A DNA stretch of 64,000 bases from Ignavibacteriota bacterium (lineage in GTDB: Bacteria > Bacteroidota > Ignavibacteria > UBA10030 > UBA6906). Below, piece by piece: positions 9,254 to 15,491 of this stretch (its first letter is position 1; every line of letters starts with the position of its first letter). The notes under the pieces were generated by a model. That model was not told the DNA's origin. It searched no databases and saw only the letters and a list, made by a program, of their open reading frames with translations. A program made the position numbers and the translations under genes. Location of the stretch: the NCBI GenBank assembly GCA_963801355.1, contig CAWDEM010000008.1, positions 800,001 to 864,000 of the forward strand, given 5' to 3'.

Positions 9254-9940
9254 TTAAGTCAAGCAATACCTGACTTCCAGTTCCTTTATCTCCTCAGGAC
9301 TGGTAACGAGATGATACCATGAATGAACGGTATCATTCCCTCTGTCCCTTAAGTGATTTGCTTTGTCGACAATCTTTTCCACCAATTTGTTTTCAGGCCC
9401 GAAGTCATTGCTCCTCTTTTTCAAGTTTGACAAGATGACACTGAAATCATGGAATCTATGTTGTCTGGTGTTGAAATACATTTCCCTGCTCGTAAGATCA
9501 TTCTCAGGGAATTTTGTCCTGAGTATGTCAACGAGCATGTTTTCAACGACTTTGCGCAACAGGATGAAAACCGATGTGTAACAATGGAAATGGTAGGCAC
9601 GATTTATCTCGTCTATATGCCCTCTCCGAAACCGATCAGTTGTGAGATATGTTACAAGGGGCTGGATTTTGCCCTTGTTCCGGCTCGGATTGATTTGCCT
9701 GACAATCGTTGGTGCTTTCTGAACCTCAATATTAGGTAATGAAGCTCTGTCCTCCTTGCGTAGCTTGTTCCAAATACTTGTCCTGTTTGCTAATGCATAA
9801 ATTTGAGCTCTAGCGTTTGGAGTGACAGTGGCATACTTAGGGGCAAGAAGAGATAGGTCTTTTCGAACAGTCCCTTCGGTCTTAAGTAGTTTCTTTGCTA
9901 GGAACACAATAATCTTCGGGTCAAGATGATTCTTTGCCAT
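9254..9940 (-). CDS. Putative HEPN/DUF4145-like domain protein, possibly frameshifted near the C-terminus
   Basis: 'YTSVFILLRKVVE' helix and R-x5-H motif 'RGNDTVH'. Confidence 0.55.
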   Translation of the reverse strand: MAKNHLDPKIIVFLAKKLLKTEGTVRKDLSLLAPKYATVTPNARAQIYALANRTSIWNKLRKEDRASLPNIEVQKAPTIVRQINPSRNKGKIQPLVTYLTTDRFRRGHIDEINRAYHFHCYTSVFILLRKVVENMLVDILRTKFPENDLTSREMYFNTRQHRFHDFSVILSNLKKRSNDFGPENKLVEKIVDKANHLRDRGNDTVHSWYHLVTSPEEIKELEVRYCLT

Positions 9941-9953
9941 TTATGGTCATGTC

Positions 9954-10172
9954 CTATTTCTTCAAGGCAGCACTAACATTGGGAGGCTTGACTCCTAGAA
10001 GGGACGAAATGTCCCTATTTCTCAACCCATGTCTGCTGAGAACTCTAATTTGGTCTTCTTGAGTGAGTCCGCCGAAATCATTGTGCACCAATTGCACCGT
10101 AATCAATCGGGCCAATACATCCAACTTCTCATGAAGAATATCAGTGGAATGGCTCTGATTAGATTTTGCCAT
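9954..10172 (-). CDS. Small HTH DNA-binding protein
   Basis: 'GLRNRDISSLLGVKPPNVSAAL' helix-turn-helix; 13 bp upstream of the HEPN-like gene. Confidence 0.65.
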   Translation of the reverse strand: MAKSNQSHSTDILHEKLDVLARLITVQLVHNDFGGLTQEDQIRVLSRHGLRNRDISSLLGVKPPNVSAALKK

Positions 10173-10268
10173 GACAGCCCCTTTGAGGTTAGTGTTTACT
10201 CAAATTAGTTTGGAAAGTCCATCAAAACTCTCCTTCAATGGGATATTTGAATCCTTCTCATTGACGAT

Positions 10269-10520
10269 TCACTTGAGGAGTTGGTAGACCGCTAGTATCA
10301 GTACTATGATACCTACCACGAGAGTCCACGCGGCAATCTTCTTTATCCCTTCTTGAGTCTTCTGCTGTTTGGCGGTTTGGTTCTTGTTACGGCGGTGTAT
10401 CTCTTCAAATACAGCAAGGCGTTCTGATTTGTCGGCGACATTGTGAGTTCGGTCAAGAATGGCGTCCAATTCGGCATCTGAACTGCTATGTATCCGGTCT
10501 TGATCTTCAACGCTTGTCAT
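10269..10520 (-). CDS. Small protein with C-terminal TM helix
   Basis: Coiled region followed by a hydrophobic tail. Confidence 0.6.
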   Translation of the reverse strand: MTSVEDQDRIHSSSDAELDAILDRTHNVADKSERLAVFEEIHRRNKNQTAKQQKTQEGIKKIAAWTLVVGIIVLILAVYQLLK

Positions 10521-10647
10521 GTCGTTAATACTCTTTGAAAGTGAGCATTCATCATGTTATCACCCTCTAACCAGTTTCAGCCGAACTTCGTATTCCTTTG
10601 CGTGTTTTACTAACTGTTTCAGATTCATAGGAGTGTGCTCTCTCGCC

Positions 10648-10730
10648 GTCTACCGGACGCGCCTCACCCGCGCATTGTGATCCTTCTTCATCGCCCCCAC
10701 GCGGCGTCTGGGGCGAGCGGTGGGTTGGCA
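10648..10730. repeat. Degenerate complete attC-like site
   Basis: GTCTACC-GGACGCGCCTCACCCGCGC...GCGGCGTCTGGGGCGAGCGGTGG-GTTGGCA, same family as 2998-3077. Confidence 0.5.
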
Positions 10731-10769
10731 ACAACTTTACATCACTATGTCCTTGGGGCTATGGGTGCC

Positions 10770-11096
10770 TCAGTTGTGTTTCTTCAATTTTAAGTTCAAC
10801 TTGACTTTGGGCGGATTGTCCGAGTACATCCAGAAATGATCTATAGAAATAGATGGGAGTTCTGAATGGACAATACTCCAAAACTCGTACATCACATCCG
10901 ACAACCTGTGCGGGTCGATGGCAGGATGCTCGTAAGTGGCAGTCCGGCCCCGTGTCCACGTGAATCCATTTTCCGTTTTAAGTAGTTTTCGCAGTTTGTT
11001 CGTTAGTCGTCCGTTCTGCTCACGGTTGACCGAAAAACGTATGATTGCTCGCATTGAATCCTCCTGTTCATTTTGCCATGGTTGTAGGCTGTTCAA
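10770..11096 (-). CDS. Hypothetical protein (start possibly at MRAIIRF)
   Basis: ORF ending just before the attC-like site; GAGGA RBS before MRAII. Confidence 0.55.
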   Translation of the reverse strand: MNSLQPWQNEQEDSMRAIIRFSVNREQNGRLTNKLRKLLKTENGFTWTRGRTATYEHPAIDPHRLSDVMYEFWSIVHSELPSISIDHFWMYSDNPPKVKLNLKLKKHN

Positions 11097-11282
11097 TCGT
11101 CGGAGTACCCGACTTGGATTCTACCTCCCCCGGAGATATCGCCAATGATATCATAGCCTCATACTTTGTTTCTATGCTGACTAATTTCTTAAGCAGGTTC
11201 TCCATGTCCCTTTTTGCTGGCTGAGCAAACACCAGTTGACACAATACGCATATGCATATGAGTACATAGAAACGTAGGCTCT

Positions 11283-12155
11283 TCATGGGCGCAACATGAC
11301 AATGAGAATCTGCCCCACCAGTCCCATCAACATCAGTATTACTAGGAATTTTACCCATCTGGCCTGCACCAACGTAATCGGGTGTAACCCTCTTCGCTCA
11401 TTCCACCAATTCACGAATGCTGCCGATTGCAGTTTTTGAAGGAAAGCAAACAGAGACAGCAGAAGCGCCAAAGCGCCTGCCAATACTGTGCGATAGCGTT
11501 CACCATCTGACAGCACTCTGAGGGTCACTGTAGTACTACTGATGTAGGAGACACCTCTATATAAGTATGTGAAGGTCAAGGGGATTCTATGTTCGCCCGG
11601 ATTTGCAGCGGAGGGTATCTTGAAAATGAGTGTAACTGCACCAAATTGCACACCATCCCTTACAACAGGAACTTCCCCCCAAACGCTCATAGTTAGTGTG
11701 TCAGTGCAAATAAAGTATATGTGTGAAACATCAATGCCAAGATAGTTTGACAACAGAACTGACTCCTTGATCCTCGGTTCAACGTGCGATTTGTCTTTTG
11801 AAACGAGAAACCGGAAGCTTACTGCCTCTACTTGGTTGCTATCGACAAGGTTTACGGGAATGAATCCAACCACCTTGCCCTTTTCTACCATACCATATCC
11901 GTTAAAAAACATGAGAATCCTGACTGTGTCTTCGGGCGATACTGTGCTCTTGTCAAGAACTGCAACAAGAGCATATGCAGGAATAACTGGTGGAGGAACA
12001 TGATACCCCTGCTGGTCTTGGGGCAAAATGTCTGGTACACGTGAATGTCGGTCTGGATACCGTCGCACTTGTTTTGTTTGTTCTCGTTCCTGAGAAAGCG
12101 CAACGAACACCAGCAGGAATGAACAGAGCAGGAATAGGGTGAGTCTGGTTTTCAC
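11283..12155 (-). CDS. Exported, membrane-anchored hypothetical protein (beta-sandwich-like)
   Basis: Signal peptide, two C-terminal TM helices, GGGGG RBS. Confidence 0.7.
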   Translation of the reverse strand: MKTRLTLFLLCSFLLVFVALSQEREQTKQVRRYPDRHSRVPDILPQDQQGYHVPPPVIPAYALVAVLDKSTVSPEDTVRILMFFNGYGMVEKGKVVGFIPVNLVDSNQVEAVSFRFLVSKDKSHVEPRIKESVLLSNYLGIDVSHIYFICTDTLTMSVWGEVPVVRDGVQFGAVTLIFKIPSAANPGEHRIPLTFTYLYRGVSYISSTTVTLRVLSDGERYRTVLAGALALLLSLFAFLQKLQSAAFVNWWNERRGLHPITLVQARWVKFLVILMLMGLVGQILIVMLRP

Positions 12156-12335
12156 TTAATCCCCCTTGCTGTAGGTGCCACAAATCTACACCATTCCTCA
12201 ACGAATGTCCAAACGGATATCCCCGTTGGGCTTGGCGCCAACTCTATGCGGCGCAGCAAGCGTTGATGTGGGTTGTTGAGCCAGAGATCGCTGCTTCCCC
12301 ATGACAGGTGATATTAGCGGGAAACGTGCAGCCGT

Positions 12336-12623
12336 CTATGGACATTCCGGTAGGCTAAGAAGGTTGTTTGGGTGCAATCCGTCACTCTCGGTCTTCATGT
12401 ATTTGTAGCCGTACTGACTCGTGGCGACAATAACCCAAACCGATTTCCCGTTGACACTCACAAAGAACTGGTACGTGCCATCTTCGATACCTTTGATGGC
12501 TGCTTCTTGGGAGAGTTTCCAGCGTGTTCTATTGGCGTTGAACCCTCCAATATATAGGATTCGCTCGTGTGGGTTTGGTCGATCGCTTTTGTTGATACAC
12601 ATGATTGGGAGAGTCATAGCCAT
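12336..12623 (-). CDS. DUF3892 domain protein
   Basis: 'CINKSDRPNPHERI..IGG...W...QEAAI..IE.G...F.V...KY.KT..DG...NNLLSLPECP' family pattern; RBS GAGGGGG before 12623. Confidence 0.85.
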   Translation of the reverse strand: MAMTLPIMCINKSDRPNPHERILYIGGFNANRTRWKLSQEAAIKGIEDGTYQFFVSVNGKSVWVIVATSQYGYKYMKTESDGLHPNNLLSLPECP

Positions 12624-12956
12624 GACAGAGCCCCCTCTGAGATGTGCAAAATGTGGAGTTAGTGGAATGCTATCGAACTGCCATATACATATATACCGAA
12701 GGTGGGCTTGTCTTGGACACATTCAACCACAATAATTAAACTGTGACAGTACCCGACGTTGGACCCGATTGCCTCGCAGATCGCGCTGCCAATGAAATTA
12801 CCAAGGCCCATAGAGTTCTCCCCCTTTGTCATCTGTGCATAAGGATTGAACGCGACTGTTCCTGAGAATCCTCTAACCAATGGATAATGAGTATTTCCGA
12901 AGCAATGGTGCGCCGATTCACAAAACTCGAACTGCGATTGGAGCCGAAAGGCGTTA

Positions 12957-13919
12957 TCACCCTTTCATTGTTGCAGAGTCCTTGATGGCGGCTTCCATTG
13001 TCCGAGAGGCAAGGGCCTTCTCTACCCGGCGAAACGTTTGTTCGAAGAAATCCGGCTCTATCTGGCGAGCCGAAGACAGACTCCCAAGAACAGATCGTAG
13101 ATCGACCAAGTCAGCTACTTCAACATTCGGGATAGCATTGAGTTTCTTCAGGATTCTTTGGCGTATTCGATTCGGAATCCTCAGTTCGGCGGCAGGACTG
13201 ATCGCCGTTCCCGTCACAACCTTGTAGTGTCTCTTGGAGTGACGGTGACTCTTGGAGGCCTTCAAGCGGAGACCTATACGGTTCAGAAGACGATCCACGG
13301 TCAAGCAGACCGACGCCGGAATCGGATTTGGCGAGGTAAACGTCATGTCATCAACGTATAGCGAAAATGACATGCCTTGGGCGATCGCAAACTCAGAGAA
13401 TGCATCAAAAGTTCGCGAGTACGCCCAATAGGCAATCGACTGACTCAGCGCGCTCCCTGTTGGAACATGATCTTCATATGATGCGATCTTCGTCATGAGG
13501 TGGGCCACATCTACATCCATCAGCAATCTATAGCGGAAGAATCGAAAGATATGCTCGCTTCGACAGTTCGGAAAGAATTGCTCTACGTCCACTGTCAGCG
13601 AATGGACACGACCAAGATGGTGCTTCGCATTGTCAATACTGGAAATTCGCTTCCTTCCGGAGAACAGGTAGTTGGGAGGTTGGATGCGGGATAGAAGGAT
13701 ATGAATCCTCTGATGAACCCGCTTGAGAGAACCAAGTGGCTCCTCGATGCGACGAGGCTTTCTCCCCTTTTCTTTCTTTGTGAAGACCCTGTAGAGCTTG
13801 CTTGAGGAAAGCGCAGGAAAGTCTCTCTGAGAAACGCCGAGTAGTCTGGCGAGTTTTCGCTTGTTGCGCAGTCGGAAAAAGGGGCTACGATCTATTTGAT
13901 AGGTCACTTGCCCCGGCAT
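12957..13919 (-). CDS. Retron-type reverse transcriptase
   Basis: Region X 'NAKHH' (NAxxH), 'DVEQFFP', 'VPTGSALS', catalytic 'YVDD', region Y 'VTG'; 320 aa with no maturase or fused domain. Confidence 0.92.
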   Translation of the reverse strand: MPGQVTYQIDRSPFFRLRNKRKLARLLGVSQRDFPALSSSKLYRVFTKKEKGRKPRRIEEPLGSLKRVHQRIHILLSRIQPPNYLFSGRKRISSIDNAKHHLGRVHSLTVDVEQFFPNCRSEHIFRFFRYRLLMDVDVAHLMTKIASYEDHVPTGSALSQSIAYWAYSRTFDAFSEFAIAQGMSFSLYVDDMTFTSPNPIPASVCLTVDRLLNRIGLRLKASKSHRHSKRHYKVVTGTAISPAAELRIPNRIRQRILKKLNAIPNVEVADLVDLRSVLGSLSSARQIEPDFFEQTFRRVEKALASRTMEAAIKDSATMKG

Positions 13920-14196
13920 CTTCTATCCGTTGCAGGAACCGGATGGCTGTTTTCCGCGTGAAGGCCTTCACATTTCTGAATCTTCTGCCTTTGTCAAGCT
14001 CTTCGGCGAAAAAGAGAAGCGAAGCCGATGTTGTTTTGAAAACACGTGCATACCTGCGGATGATCTCAAGCGAGGGTTCCTTTTTCCCTGCTTCGATTTC
14101 GGATAGGTAGCTTGGCGAGATTCCAAGCTCAGCGGCCATATCGACCGACTTCAGGTCATGCAATACACGCAACAGACGAAGCGCCTCATGAAGCAC
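13885..14196 (-). CDS. XRE-family HTH protein (retron-associated)
   Basis: 'MAAELGISPSYLSEIEAGKKEPSL' HTH; GGAGGT RBS with GTG start; overlaps the RT start by 35 nt. Confidence 0.9.
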   Translation of the reverse strand: MLHEALRLLRVLHDLKSVDMAAELGISPSYLSEIEAGKKEPSLEIIRRYARVFKTTSASLLFFAEELDKGRRFRNVKAFTRKTAIRFLQRIEDAGASDLSNRS

Positions 14197-14240
14197 GAAG
14201 TACCTCCGGAGTAATGAACTGTAGAAGGTAGGTTAGGGAG

Positions 14241-14372
14241 TTAGTTGCCAATGAACTTGATGAGCGCTCTAACGGAAAGCAACAAGATATCCACAAGTTC
14301 CTGCCTGTGCTTCCACATCAGCCTTCTCACCCTTTTCAGGGCAACACGGTGGAGCAACGTTGCGTCCTTCAT
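14241..14372 (-). CDS. 43-aa small protein, candidate retron effector (not in ORF track)
   Basis: AAGGAGGT-6 nt-ATG; MKDATLLHRVALKRVRRLMWKHRQELVDILLLSVRALIKFIGN*. Confidence 0.8.
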   Translation of the reverse strand: MKDATLLHRVALKRVRRLMWKHRQELVDILLLSVRALIKFIGN

Positions 14373-14702
14373 GATCTTACCTCCTTCCCACCCACAAGCC
14401 CAATCCACCATGGATGAGCCGGGGCGTCACTTTGGAAGGAGAGGAGGCTCTGCCGCGTTCGCTCCCTATCCTATTGAGTGGTGCTCATTTCACTTTGAGC
14501 ACCACTCCGACGACAACTGATCCCAGTATGCGGGCGTATATGCAATGCGATCTGCACTTGCAGACATACGTACCGAGCGTCACTTGTTGCCGGAAGTGTC
14601 TGAGCTTAGAACATCACTAAGCTCCCGCGCATCAGGATACTCCCGATGCACCCTTAGGCGGGTTCGTGTTGACCCCGCGCAGTGAACGTCCTTTCGCAAC
14701 GT
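14373..14702 (-). ncRNA. Retron msr/msd-containing structured leader RNA (boundaries approximate)
   Basis: Perfect 12-bp hairpin 14476-14507 (candidate msd stem); further hairpins at 14551-14564, 14602-14624 and 14629-14649; lies directly upstream of SP-HTH-RT. Confidence 0.7.
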
Positions 14703-14708
14703 TGAGAC

Positions 14709-14759
14709 AACATACACAATGATTCTGACAATTGCAAATAATATTCGCTGTCAGCGAAT
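14709..14759 (-). promoter_or_regulatory. Candidate retron promoter and palindromic operator
   Basis: TTGCAA(14732-14737)-17 nt-TATGTT(14709-14714); perfect palindrome ATTCGCTG-T-CAGCGAAT at 14743-14759. Confidence 0.5.
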
Positions 14760-15034
14760 GCCACCTTATTCAGGTCAACAGCCGTCAGTTCATGGTGGGC
14801 GAGGAATCGATGTATGGAGCCTCCTCCGGTACGCTCTCGACCGTCACATCCGCCGAGGTCACCCCCCAAGGCTGTCAACATGCCGGTCACAACGTCGTTC
14901 TGAAATACAGTGGGGTTCACGAGCGGCGGGACGAGAATACCAATGACGACGGTGGGTTGACTGGCCGCTGTTGGCGTCCAAACCACTCGCACTGTGCATA
15001 GGCCTAAAGGCAGATGGTACGACTCCCATAAATC

Positions 15035-15403
15035 CTACGGACATGACATTCCGTGCATCGGCTCCCACGCCCCTGTAGCAGTTATCGGAAACGACATCAA
15101 ATACTCAAACTGCACTATCCCCTTCTTGTTCACAGTGAACAACCCCTTCTTTAGTCCCGCCTTGACGATCCGATAGGCCGTACTGCGAGAACAGCCGATG
15201 TTCCTGTAGACAGCTTCGACCAACTGCCGACGAGGCATCGATTCGCCATTGAAGCCGGGAGGCGTCCACCACGGGCCATCGGAGTACACAAAGTAAAAGA
15301 AATCAAAGCCGAACGGAATTCGACGGGAGCGGCTCTGGGGATCGTGAATATTGCGTGTGTGTTTCATGGGGTACCCTTTAGGTTGTTGAATGGTTGTTTC
15401 CAC
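15035..15403 (-). CDS. Hypothetical, possible winged-HTH protein
   Basis: 'RRQLVEAVYRNIGCSRSTAYRIV...GL' HTH-like segment. Confidence 0.5.
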   Translation of the reverse strand: METTIQQPKGYPMKHTRNIHDPQSRSRRIPFGFDFFYFVYSDGPWWTPPGFNGESMPRRQLVEAVYRNIGCSRSTAYRIVKAGLKKGLFTVNKKGIVQFEYLMSFPITATGAWEPMHGMSCP

Positions 15404-15491
15404 TTGTTGTCCGTGTAAGTTTATTTTGACAGGAACCGTCCGTTGACCGGTGCAGCCCGCCTGACCGCCCTCGTGTTGTCAGCGCCCGTGG

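Noticed and set aside
2501-10730. Repeats as a CRISPR array
   Set aside because: Spacing is irregular and gene-sized; no constant repeat-spacer period or cas genes anywhere in the window.
12957-13919. RT as a group II intron, DGR or CRISPR-associated RT
   Set aside because: No maturase/X domain, no TR/VR repeat pair or cas genes seen; NAxxH and VTG motifs indicate a retron.
14245-15068. ORF-track calls across the retron leader (14245+, 14414+, 14654-, 14719+, 14732+, 14859-)
   Set aside because: No convincing RBS or recognisable protein features; they overlap the structured leader, the promoter and the real 43-aa ORF.
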